A DNA stretch of 34,254 nucleotides, from NCBI GenBank assembly GCA_041738395.1, contig JBGSPW010000064.1, positions 64,001 to 98,254 of the forward strand. The letters run 5' to 3'. Numbering within the stretch: position 1 is the stretch's first letter; each line of letters starts with the position of its first letter. A program made the position numbers and the translations under genes. The notes under the pieces were generated by a model, which did not search any database, was not told where the DNA came from, and saw nothing but the letters and a program-made list of their open reading frames with translations. This document shows positions 10,069 through 18,174 of this stretch, piece by piece. Source of the DNA: Thermoflexales bacterium (GTDB lineage: Bacteria > Chloroflexota > Anaerolineae > Fen-1058).

Positions 10069-10128
10069 AGAAACCGGGTTTCTCCCCTTCAGACGTAATG
10101 CAAGATAACCCGTAGAAACCCGGTTTCT
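10069..10128. repeat. 60-nt twin-palindrome element, copy 2 (same 15-mers, 30-nt spacer)
   Basis: Identical terminal 15-mers to copy 1. The spacer is about 60% identical to the reverse complement of the copy-1 spacer and shares a gcattacg core. Lies between the ABC ATPase stop (10063) and the permease RBS (10142). Confidence 0.6.
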
Positions 10129-10152
10129 GTGACACTTGCTTGAGGAGCCAAC

Positions 10153-11103
10153 ATGTCAGTCGTTCCTGCTCAACCCACCACGCCTCGCCGTTCCTTCGGC
10201 GAGTGGCTGCGCCGCAATCCCATTACGCTGAAAGAAATGCGCGGGCGCATGCGTGGCCGGCGCGCGTTCGTCGTCTTGACCTTGAACACGCTGCTGCTGG
10301 GCGGCTTTGTGGCGCTGCTTTATCTTTCATATGCCACCAGTTCCAGTGTGTCCAGTTCGCCGCGCAATTTACAAAGTTTGGGCAAAGCCATCTTCGCCGT
10401 CACGGTGGGCCTGCAACTATTGATCACGTGCTTCACCTCATCGTCGGCAGCCGTGGGGGCCATCTCTTCCGAGCGAGAACGCCAGACCTTCGAACTACTG
10501 CGCACCACACTGCTGCCCGCCCGATCGCTGGTGCTGGGCAAGTTATGGGCGGCGCTGTTATTCAACTTGCTGTTGATCATGTCGGCGATTCCCGTCGCCA
10601 GTCTCAGTTTCCTGTTCGGCGGTGTGACGTTCGAAGAAATCTTCATCGCCGGCGTCGTGCTGATCGTCACCGCGATCGCCTTCAGTTCGATCGGCCTGTT
10701 CTTCTCCAGTCTCATGCGCCGCACTTCGCAGGCCACGGCGATATCCACCGTCGTCACGCTGGCTCTGGTGATCGGCGTGCCAATCTTAATGTTCATCGTG
10801 CAGGGCCTCCTCTCGACCATGATGTATATAAGCACACAAACCGGCAACCCAACGGTCGATGCCGAAATCACCCGCAACATTATTCTGTGGTTGATGATCT
10901 CGATCTCACCGTTATCGGCCGGAGTCGCCACGCTGACGACCTTGCTGGACAATCACTCTGTGCTTACGATGACATTCTCGTTAAACACCGGCGGGCCACT
11001 AATCCTGCCTTCACCCTGGATCAGTTACAGTATCTTTTATCTGCTGTTTAGCATCGTGCTGATCTTGCTCAGCATCCGCATCGTCAAACGGGTGGATAAG
11101 TGA
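10153..11103 (+). CDS. ABC-2 family transporter permease
   Basis: 316 aa with about 6 TM helices. GAGGAG RBS 5 nt upstream of the ATG. Topology and length are typical of an ABC-2 permease paired with the preceding ATPase. Confidence 0.8.
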   Translation: MSVVPAQPTTPRRSFGEWLRRNPITLKEMRGRMRGRRAFVVLTLNTLLLGGFVALLYLSYATSSSVSSSPRNLQSLGKAIFAVTVGLQLLITCFTSSSAAVGAISSERERQTFELLRTTLLPARSLVLGKLWAALLFNLLLIMSAIPVASLSFLFGGVTFEEIFIAGVVLIVTAIAFSSIGLFFSSLMRRTSQATAISTVVTLALVIGVPILMFIVQGLLSTMMYISTQTGNPTVDAEITRNIILWLMISISPLSAGVATLTTLLDNHSVLTMTFSLNTGGPLILPSPWISYSIFYLLFSIVLILLSIRIVKRVDK

Positions 11104-11120
11104 AATCGCATAAGCGTCCA

Positions 11121-11207
11121 GAGCGGAGCATAGCGGAGTCGAAGGACGCGGATGTCTTGTATGAGCCGCATTCTTCGACTTCACTTCGTTCCGCTCGGAA
11201 CGCTTCA
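11121..11207 (+). repeat. Structured intergenic repeat family A, copy 1 (hairpin-forming, about 90 nt)
   Basis: gagcggagcatagcggagtcgaaggacgcgg ... ccgcattcttcgacttc ... ttccgctcggaacgcttc. The inner arms agtcgaagga/attcttcgact and the outer arms gagcggag/ttccgctc are complementary. Ends 3 nt before the start codon of the 558-aa gene. Confidence 0.55.
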
Positions 11208-11209
11208 AC

Positions 11210-12886
11210 TTGAATACGATGCCTACTAACGCACTGACTGACCTTAATCACCAGCTCGATGGCTGGCTGCGGCGCTATCGCCTACAGCGTGCGGTGCGCT
11301 GGTCGCTGCGTGGCGCGGCACTTGCCTTAGGGGTGGCGCTGGTCATCACACTGATTGCCGTGCTGCGCGGCCTGTTGCTGCAAGGCGAGTTCATCACGCT
11401 GGCGATCGGCTTGATGGTGATCGGGACGATCAGCGCCGCAGCCGCCGGGTATCTCTGGCGGCCCGATCGGCTGGTGGCGGCCCGTTGGTTCGATCGACAC
11501 TTTGGGCTGCGTGAGCGGGTTAGCACTGCCCTAGAACTCGCTCACGCCCTGTCTGCGGAGCAGGGGCGCGCTGGGCGAGCCGATCGATCTTCCGGCGACC
11601 TCGCGCAACGCCAACTGCAAGACGCCGCCGCGATGGCGCAGCGCGTGAACGCGCGCCAACAACTGCCGTTGAAGATCAAGCGCATCGATGCCGTGTTGAC
11701 CGTCGGGTTGCTGGTGGCTGTCATGTTAGTGGCGTGGCGTGGTGAGTCGTTCTTTCAGCTGGCCGCGCAGACGCGCGCCGTGCAGCAGACCATCGCCGCC
11801 GAGGCCGCCAAGGTCGAGGCACTGCGTCAGCAGATCGCCACCGATCCCAACTTGACCGAAGCCCAACGGCAGGAAATGTTGCAGGCGCTGCAAGAAACAC
11901 AACAACAATTGAAAGACGCGCAGTCGCTGGAGCAGGCCACGGCGGTGTTGACGCGCGGCGAGAAAAAGTTCGAATCGTTGACGAATGCGCAGGCCGAAGC
12001 TCAAACCGAAGGGCTGCGCCAGGCCGGTCAGCGATTGGCGCAAGATGAAGGTAGCCCGCTGCAAGGCTTTGGGCAAAATCTGGCCGAAGGTGATTTTCTG
12101 GCCGCCGCCGAAAATCTGCGCAGCCTCGATCTGAGTCAGATGTCGGCTTCCGAAGCGGCGGCATTGGCCGATCAATTGGAACAGGCTGCGGAGGCCCTGC
12201 AATCTAGCAATCCCGCATTGGCCCAGCAGCTGCGTGCTGCCGCAGCTGCGGCGCGCAACGGTGATGCGCAAAAAGCGCAGCAGGCTTTGGATCAGGCCGC
12301 GCAAGCGATGACACAGGCCGCGCAACAAACCGCGCGATCGAACGTGGCGCGCCAGGCAGCGGCACAGTTGGGCCAAGGTCGTCAGCGCATGATCGCCGCC
12401 GGTCGCAGCGCTCAGAGTCAAGCAGCGCAAGGAGACCAAGCGGGACAGGGCGACCCAACGCAGCCGGGTTCAAATCAAAGTGGATCATCAACGCAAGGCA
12501 ATCCAAATGGCGGAGCGGGATCAGGATCGGGCAAAGGCACGGGCAACAGCGGCGACGCGCAAGGCCCCGAGGCCGGTGGCAAACCGATCGATCAAAACAA
12601 CGGCCCCGGCGATGGCGGCGAAACGCCCTACGAACCGATCTATGCACCGCAGCTTTTGGGCGGTGGCGAAGGTGATACGGTGACACTGCCCGGCAGCGGC
12701 GATAATGGCGGAGATGTAACCGGACAGAGTGGCGTCAATCCCGGCAGCGACACGCCGAGTCAAGTGCCGTACTCGCAAGTGTTTGCTCAATATGCCAACG
12801 CGTATCGACAAGCGATCGACAACGGGCAAGTGCCGCCGCAGCTGAAAGATTTGATCCGGCAGTATTTCAGTTCGCTGGAACCGTGA
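11210..12886 (+). CDS. Membrane-anchored coiled-coil protein with Ala/Gln-rich and Gly/Ser/Asn-rich low-complexity regions
   Basis: 558 aa. Two N-terminal TM helices and a third near aa 160. Long AQ-rich predicted coiled coil. Gly-rich disordered tract. Conserved-looking C-terminal 40 aa ending QLKDLIRQYFSSLEP. No family assigned. Confidence 0.7.
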   Translation: MNTMPTNALTDLNHQLDGWLRRYRLQRAVRWSLRGAALALGVALVITLIAVLRGLLLQGEFITLAIGLMVIGTISAAAAGYLWRPDRLVAARWFDRHFGLRERVSTALELAHALSAEQGRAGRADRSSGDLAQRQLQDAAAMAQRVNARQQLPLKIKRIDAVLTVGLLVAVMLVAWRGESFFQLAAQTRAVQQTIAAEAAKVEALRQQIATDPNLTEAQRQEMLQALQETQQQLKDAQSLEQATAVLTRGEKKFESLTNAQAEAQTEGLRQAGQRLAQDEGSPLQGFGQNLAEGDFLAAAENLRSLDLSQMSASEAAALADQLEQAAEALQSSNPALAQQLRAAAAAARNGDAQKAQQALDQAAQAMTQAAQQTARSNVARQAAAQLGQGRQRMIAAGRSAQSQAAQGDQAGQGDPTQPGSNQSGSSTQGNPNGGAGSGSGKGTGNSGDAQGPEAGGKPIDQNNGPGDGGETPYEPIYAPQLLGGGEGDTVTLPGSGDNGGDVTGQSGVNPGSDTPSQVPYSQVFAQYANAYRQAIDNGQVPPQLKDLIRQYFSSLEP

Positions 12887-12909
12887 TGGATCATCATTGC
12901 AAGAAGCAT

Positions 12910-13067
12910 CCCGCCCAGCGCGCCGCCCAGCCTGCGGCTGGGGCACGGCGTGAGCGGAGCGCAGCGTAGTCGAAGGATGCGGCTTGCGCTAACAAGCGTT
13001 GTTCGTGTAACACGCATTCTTCGACTACAGCCCGAAAAAGCACGGACTTCCGCTCAGAATGCTTCGT
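12910..13067 (+). repeat. Structured intergenic repeat family A, copy 2 (full length, with a 5' cccagcc-N3-ggctggg hairpin)
   Basis: gtgagcggagcgcagcgtagtcgaaggatgcgg ... cgcattcttcgactac ... cttccgctcagaatgcttcg. A 16-bp inner stem with 1 mismatch. Ends about 38 nt before the moxR ATG. Confidence 0.55.
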
Positions 13068-13104
13068 CTATTTTTTACGCAATACGCATTACGAAAGGCC
13101 AGTC

Positions 13105-14082
13105 ATGACCCAACCTCTTACCGTCGATCAATTCCGCGAACTTGCCACGAACATGGAAACCGAGATTGGCCGCGTCATCGTGGGACAAAACGAGGTAGTG
13201 CGCGGCGTGTTGATCGGTATTCTGGCGGGTGGACACGTGCTGCTGGAAGGCGTGCCCGGTCTGGGCAAGACGATGTTGATCCGTACGCTGGCGCAAGTGT
13301 TGGATTTGAAATTCTCGCGCATTCAGTTCACGCCCGATCTGATGCCCGCCGACATTGTAGGCACCGAGATTTTGATCGATCAAGACGGGCAGCGCGCCTT
13401 TCGTTTTCAAGCCGGGCCGGTGTTTGCCAATCTCGTGCTGGCCGATGAGATCAATCGCGCCACGCCCAAGACGCAATCGGCATTGCTGGAAGCGATGCAG
13501 GAACATTCCGTGACGGTGGCGCAGCAGACGTATCAACTGGAAGAACCGTTCTTTGTCATGGCGACGCAGAATCCCTTGGAGATGGAAGGCACGTATCCCC
13601 TGCCCGAAGCGCAGCTCGATCGGTTCTTGTTCAAGATCAATGTCCCCTTCCCTTCGGCGACTGAACTGGTGGAGATTCTGGCGCGCACGACGGGCAAAGA
13701 TACACCTGCCGCGCAGACTGCCGTCAGTGGCGCCGACATCGTGCGGATGCGCGATCTGGCGCGGCAGACACCCATCGCTTCACATGTTAGCGAATACGTT
13801 GCACGCCTGATCGTCGCTACGCATCCCGATAACCCCGAGGCGACACCGCTGGTGAAGCAATACGTCCACTATGGATCATCGCCGCGTGGTGGGCAGGCCA
13901 TCATCCTCGGCGCGAAGATCGTCGCACTGCTGGCCGAGCGTTACAACGTCGCGTTTGAAGACATCGCCGTCGTCGCGCCGTCGGCCTTGCGTCATCGCTT
14001 GATCTTGAACTTCGAAGGCTTGGCGGAAGGCGCGAGCGCGGATCGGATTGTGGCGGAGTTATTGGAAAAGGTAGCAAAGTAG
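13105..14082 (+). CDS. MoxR-family AAA+ ATPase
   Basis: 325 aa. Walker A GVPGLGKT, Walker B LADEINRA, sensor motifs. Length and motifs are typical of MoxR/RavA-like ATPases. RBS AAAGG 6 nt upstream. Confidence 0.9.
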   Translation: MTQPLTVDQFRELATNMETEIGRVIVGQNEVVRGVLIGILAGGHVLLEGVPGLGKTMLIRTLAQVLDLKFSRIQFTPDLMPADIVGTEILIDQDGQRAFRFQAGPVFANLVLADEINRATPKTQSALLEAMQEHSVTVAQQTYQLEEPFFVMATQNPLEMEGTYPLPEAQLDRFLFKINVPFPSATELVEILARTTGKDTPAAQTAVSGADIVRMRDLARQTPIASHVSEYVARLIVATHPDNPEATPLVKQYVHYGSSPRGGQAIILGAKIVALLAERYNVAFEDIAVVAPSALRHRLILNFEGLAEGASADRIVAELLEKVAK

Positions 14083-14115
14083 AAGCGGCAGTGCGTCTAG
14101 CCACCAGAAGCTGAT

Positions 14116-15039
14116 ATGACCCATCACGGCGTCCAGCGAATTGCTGGTTCGTTATTGATAGCAACGGTTCTTGCAGGGTGCATTTCGCCTGTGATACCGA
14201 CCTCGACCTCTGTCCCTGTCACTGTTGAGCCAACATGGCAACCAACACCAGCGATGCTTCCCACCGAGGCCATTCCTATTAAGATTGTAGATGGTTCTCA
14301 AGGTTCAGTAATGTCACCCGTTCATGGACAGCTGCTTGTGCGGGCTTGCGAGAAAGAAGCATATGACAAATGTCCCAGCGCCTACGAATGCGATCTCGGA
14401 TATGTCGATCTAGCCAACGCACATTTTGTCCGCGTGCAACATATCAGTGAAGAAGACCCATTTTGCGAGAGCCGGAAGACAGATTTAATCTGGGCACCAG
14501 ATGGAACACAATTTGTTTATCGTAGAGGATGGATTGGCTCAATTGACTTTATCGTGTATGGCGCTGATGGTACTCAAAAACAACCTCTGGGGAGCTTTTA
14601 TCTAAGCGGTGCGTTCTGGACACCAGACGGGCGTTATCTCATTGTCAAAACGGGTGTAGGACCAAATTCACAACCCGCTGTTGAATACACCGTGTATGAT
14701 GCCCTTTCATGGAAGAAGGTTTGTGTAGTTGCCTCTGGTAATGGGATGATATTTGTTGTCGGAGGACAATGTATAGTGCCACTGAAAGACGGTCGAGCAG
14801 TGTTTCTTAGCGGAACCAAGGGTGTTGAGATGGCTATATGCAATGATCAGGCAAATTGTCCCGGCAGCAATAAGCTTCGACCGATTGGATCATTCTCTGA
14901 CCAAACCTTTGACTCGACCCGTTATCAAGCCCAAATCGAAAATTACTGGTTACGGGTATTTGACAGTGAAAGCGGTGTAGCACGAACATATGTAATACCT
15001 GGGTATCGCGTGACCAGCATCGCCTGGTCGCCAAAGTGA
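14116..15039 (+). CDS. Lipoprotein with PD40/TolB-like beta-propeller repeats; compositionally foreign (low GC)
   Basis: 307 aa. Lipobox LAGC. Repeated W.PDG motifs (WAPDGTQFVY, WTPDGRYLIV, IAWSPK). The nucleotide composition is visibly AT-richer (roughly 48% GC) than the flanking genes (about 62%). Confidence 0.7.
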   Translation: MTHHGVQRIAGSLLIATVLAGCISPVIPTSTSVPVTVEPTWQPTPAMLPTEAIPIKIVDGSQGSVMSPVHGQLLVRACEKEAYDKCPSAYECDLGYVDLANAHFVRVQHISEEDPFCESRKTDLIWAPDGTQFVYRRGWIGSIDFIVYGADGTQKQPLGSFYLSGAFWTPDGRYLIVKTGVGPNSQPAVEYTVYDALSWKKVCVVASGNGMIFVVGGQCIVPLKDGRAVFLSGTKGVEMAICNDQANCPGSNKLRPIGSFSDQTFDSTRYQAQIENYWLRVFDSESGVARTYVIPGYRVTSIAWSPK

Positions 15040-15090
15040 GCAAACTGAGCACGACAATACGCTTCACGTATCACGTTTTACGTACCAATC

Positions 15091-15984
15091 ATGCTCTTCG
15101 ACGAAACCTCCCTCCGCAAACTTCAGCAACTGACCCTCGTCACGTCGCGCGTGCGAGCGGGCGCGCTGCGCGGTGAGCGGCGTTCACTCAAACGCGGCGC
15201 GGGATTGGAGTTTGCCGACTTCCGCGATTACGTCCCCGGCGACGATCTGCGCCGTGTAGATTGGAACGTCTACGCGCGGCTCGATCGACCGTACATCAAA
15301 TTACGCGAAGAAGAAGAAGACCTGGCCGTTCACATTCTGATCGATGCGTCGCAATCGATGGATTGGGGTGAAGGCTCGCAGCACAAATTTGCATTCGCGT
15401 TGCACCTGGCGGCGGGAGTCGGCTCGATCGCGTTGGGCACGGGCGATCGCATTTCAGTTGTCATGCTGAGCAAGCTCAAGGTGGACGACAGTCCACCGAT
15501 CACGGAAGTCTCACTCCGTGGTCAACAGTACCTGCTGCACTTGCTCAAATTTCTTGAAGCGCAGCAAGCGGCAGGCGCCACTAATCTGGATGCCGCCATG
15601 CACCGTTACCTCATCAAGCCGCGCCGTCCCGGACTGGTAACTTTGATTTCGGATTTGCTCTCGCCCAACGGCTATCAATCGGCCCTGAAGATGTTGCAAC
15701 AACGCGGACACGAAGTGGCAATCGTGCACGTCCTGTCGCCGGACGAAGTCGATCCACCGTTGGCGGGCGATCTCAAACTGATCGATGTTGAAACGGGCCT
15801 TGCACAAGAAGTCAGTTTGGACAGCGGACTGCGCACTGCGTATCGCGAGCGGGTGGAGGCATGGCGCAACGAAGCACAGACGTTTTGCCGCGCGCGCGGT
15901 TTACGCTATCTCGCCGTCGAAACCGATCGGGCGTGGGATGAAGTGGTGTTGTACGACATGCGCAAAGCGGGCATGGTGAGATAA
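15091..15984 (+). CDS. DUF58 domain protein (partner of MoxR ATPases; BatII-like)
   Basis: 297 aa. LEFADFRDYVPGDDLRRVDWNVYAR is the hallmark DUF58 motif. Follows moxR as in Bat/MoxR operons. Confidence 0.85.
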   Translation: MLFDETSLRKLQQLTLVTSRVRAGALRGERRSLKRGAGLEFADFRDYVPGDDLRRVDWNVYARLDRPYIKLREEEEDLAVHILIDASQSMDWGEGSQHKFAFALHLAAGVGSIALGTGDRISVVMLSKLKVDDSPPITEVSLRGQQYLLHLLKFLEAQQAAGATNLDAAMHRYLIKPRRPGLVTLISDLLSPNGYQSALKMLQQRGHEVAIVHVLSPDEVDPPLAGDLKLIDVETGLAQEVSLDSGLRTAYRERVEAWRNEAQTFCRARGLRYLAVETDRAWDEVVLYDMRKAGMVR

Positions 15985-16012
15985 AGATCCGGCGAACGCA
16001 GATTAAAAGTTA

Positions 16013-16130
16013 CTGCTCAGCCGTCATGCCCGAGTGCTTCTGTCGGGCATCCAGATTCACTGCTGACATGCCCTCTGGATTCCCGCTAGAAGCATGCGGG
16101 AATGACAGCGCCGCGCGACGGCTGAGTAGA
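16013..16130. repeat. MITE-like element: 13-bp terminal inverted repeats (ctgctcagccgtc / gacggctgagtag) enclosing two internal hairpins
   Basis: The TIR match is 12/13. Internal hairpins atgcccga-N8-tcgggcat and attcccgc-N8-gcgggaat, whose loops are reverse complements of each other. Located between DUF58 and the BatA-like gene. Confidence 0.45.
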
Positions 16131-16232
16131 TACGATTGAAAGGATTAACGCTGATATTTTTGGTATCTGCTTTTATCCGCGTTATCTGCGCGCTTCGCGT
16201 CTGCGTCCAAAAACAAGTTCGACCACAATAAC

Positions 16233-18107
16233 ATGAACTTACTCGCACCTGCCGCGCTAGCCTTGAGTGCGCTGGCGATCCCCATCGTCATCTTCTACAT
16301 GTTGAAGCTGCGCCGCCGCGAAGTGACGGTCTCGTCCACGCTGCTGTGGCAGATGGTGCTGCGCGATCGACAGGCCAACGCGCCGTGGCAGCGCCTGCGC
16401 CGCAACCTCTTGCTGCTGCTGCAACTGTTGATCCTTGCCGCGTTGATCCTCGCCCTCGCCCGACCGGCGATCAGCGTCCCCACGCTCGCCGCGGGGTCAA
16501 GCGTGATTCTATTAGATGCGTCGGCGTCGATGAATGCCACCGATGTCGATCCCTCGCGCTTTGAAGCGGCCCGCCGCGCGGCTCAAGCATTGATCGATAC
16601 GCTGCCTTCTGCCGCACCCGTGACCATCATCGTGGCGGGTCAACAGCCGCAAGTGATCGCTTCGGCGGAGACCGATCGATCGACGTTGAAGCGCGCGCTC
16701 GACGAAGCGCGGCCCACCAACGGCGCGACCGACTGGTCAGCCGCATTTGCGTTAGCCGCCGGCGCGCTCGGTCGCCAGATCGATCAACCGACGACGGTGA
16801 TCATCTCCGATGGCGGCCTGCCGTCGAATCTGCCACCTTTGCCCGGCGAAGTACGCTACGTCCCGATCGGCCAATCAAGCGACAACGTGAGTGTCTCGGC
16901 CCTGTCATTGCGACCCACCAAGAACGGCGCAGAGTTATTCGCCGGCGTCGCCAATCACAGCGACACGGATCGATCGGTCATCCTCTCGCTCTACTCCGAC
17001 GGCGCGCTGCTGCAAGCACAGCCGATCGATCTGACAGCAGGCGAGACGCACAATGTGGTGCTGCCCGATCTACCGCGTGACGCGGCCGTCTATCAGGCGG
17101 CCCTCTCGCGGCCCGATCAATCCACGCAGCCCCTTGATGCACTCTCACTGGATGATGCTGCTTTCGCCGTCAATAATCCGGCGGGGGCGCGGCGTGTCTT
17201 GGTGATCTCACCGGGCAACGTCTTTCTGGAACAATTGCTGGCCGCCATGCCCGACCTGCAAGCATTTCGCGCCCTGCCCCAAAAAGACGGAACGGTGCAA
17301 ATGCCCACGGACGAATTCGATCTGTACATCTTCGATGGATTGGTGCCCGACGAACTGCCGTTCAAGCCGACGTTGTTCATCAATCCGCCGCAGAATTCGG
17401 TACTGCGCATCGATGGCGTCTTCAGCAACACGACCAACGCCCGCGTGATCGATTCGCCCGTGACGCGCGATGTGAATTGGAGCAACGTGCACGTGCGCAA
17501 GGCCAAACACATTACTCCACCGCAGTGGGCCAAGACGTTGATCGATTCAGAGGGCGGACCGTTGGTCGTCGCGGGCGACACCGGTGTGCGGCGCGTGGGC
17601 GCGATCACGTTCGATCTGCACGATTCTGATCTGCCGCTGCAAGTGACCTTTCCGATCTTGCTGGTCAACCTGATCAACTATCTCGCTCCGGGCCGATCGT
17701 TCAACGCACCTGATGGCGTGCGTCCCGGCGAGAGTTTGATCATCCGACCGGACGCAGCCGTGAGCACAGTCGCCATCGCGTCGCCGTCCAATCAGGTATA
17801 CACGGTGCGGCCCGCCGAAGGCACGGTCATCTTCAAAGACACCGGCGAGTTAGGCGCGTATGCCATCACGTCGATCAGCGGCGATCAGCAAACGGTCGAT
17901 TACTTCGCCGTGAACCTGTTCGAGCCGGCCGAGTCCAACCTCCGCCCGGTGGAAGCGATTCGGATCGGGCAAAGCCAGATTTCAGCGACACCGGCCACTG
18001 AGCAAGGCTGGCAGGAATGGTGGCCGTGGCTGGCGGCGCTGGCGCTGTTGATCTTGTTGATCGAGTGGTGGGTGTATCACGGGCGGCAGCGGGTAAAGAG
18101 GAATTGA
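16233..18107 (+). CDS. BatA-like protein: N-terminal double-TM anchor plus von Willebrand factor A domain, C-terminal TM
   Basis: 624 aa. The N-terminus LAPAALALSALAIPIVIFYMLKLRRREVTVSSTLLWQ matches the BatA/aerotolerance N-terminal double-TM domain. VWA MIDAS motif DASASM. C-terminal hydrophobic helix WWPWLAALALLILLIEWW. Confidence 0.85.
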   Translation: MNLLAPAALALSALAIPIVIFYMLKLRRREVTVSSTLLWQMVLRDRQANAPWQRLRRNLLLLLQLLILAALILALARPAISVPTLAAGSSVILLDASASMNATDVDPSRFEAARRAAQALIDTLPSAAPVTIIVAGQQPQVIASAETDRSTLKRALDEARPTNGATDWSAAFALAAGALGRQIDQPTTVIISDGGLPSNLPPLPGEVRYVPIGQSSDNVSVSALSLRPTKNGAELFAGVANHSDTDRSVILSLYSDGALLQAQPIDLTAGETHNVVLPDLPRDAAVYQAALSRPDQSTQPLDALSLDDAAFAVNNPAGARRVLVISPGNVFLEQLLAAMPDLQAFRALPQKDGTVQMPTDEFDLYIFDGLVPDELPFKPTLFINPPQNSVLRIDGVFSNTTNARVIDSPVTRDVNWSNVHVRKAKHITPPQWAKTLIDSEGGPLVVAGDTGVRRVGAITFDLHDSDLPLQVTFPILLVNLINYLAPGRSFNAPDGVRPGESLIIRPDAAVSTVAIASPSNQVYTVRPAEGTVIFKDTGELGAYAITSISGDQQTVDYFAVNLFEPAESNLRPVEAIRIGQSQISATPATEQGWQEWWPWLAALALLILLIEWWVYHGRQRVKRN

Positions 18108-18174
18108 TAATTGCTGAATGCTGATTGTTGATCGACCAACCGTCACGTATCACGCATTACGTTTTACGTTCATT

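Noticed and set aside
6399-10128. Twin-palindrome repeats as a possible CRISPR array
   Set aside because: There are only two units, 3.6 kb apart. The repeats are internally palindromic pairs with a fixed 30-nt spacer that is itself related between copies. There is no regular repeat-spacer periodicity and no cas genes.
9254-10135. 293-aa minus-strand ORF antisense to the ABC ATPase gene
   Set aside because: It overlaps a canonical ABC ATPase with all Walker/signature motifs on the other strand. It shows low-complexity Arg/Ala/Gln composition.
10140-11051. 303-aa plus-strand ORF in an alternative frame over the ABC-2 permease
   Set aside because: The permease frame gives clean TM helices and an RBS. 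This frame gives Arg/His-rich nonsense.
11726-12439. 237-aa minus-strand ORF antisense to the coiled-coil protein gene
   Set aside because: The GC-rich, repetitive Ala/Gln codons on the sense strand create long open antisense frames. No motif, no RBS.
12420-12760. Apparent nucleotide low-complexity / tandem repeat in the 558-aa gene
   Set aside because: It reflects Gly/Ser/Asn/Gln-rich protein low complexity (GSGSGKGTGNSGD...), not a DNA tandem repeat with a fixed unit. It stays in frame within the CDS.
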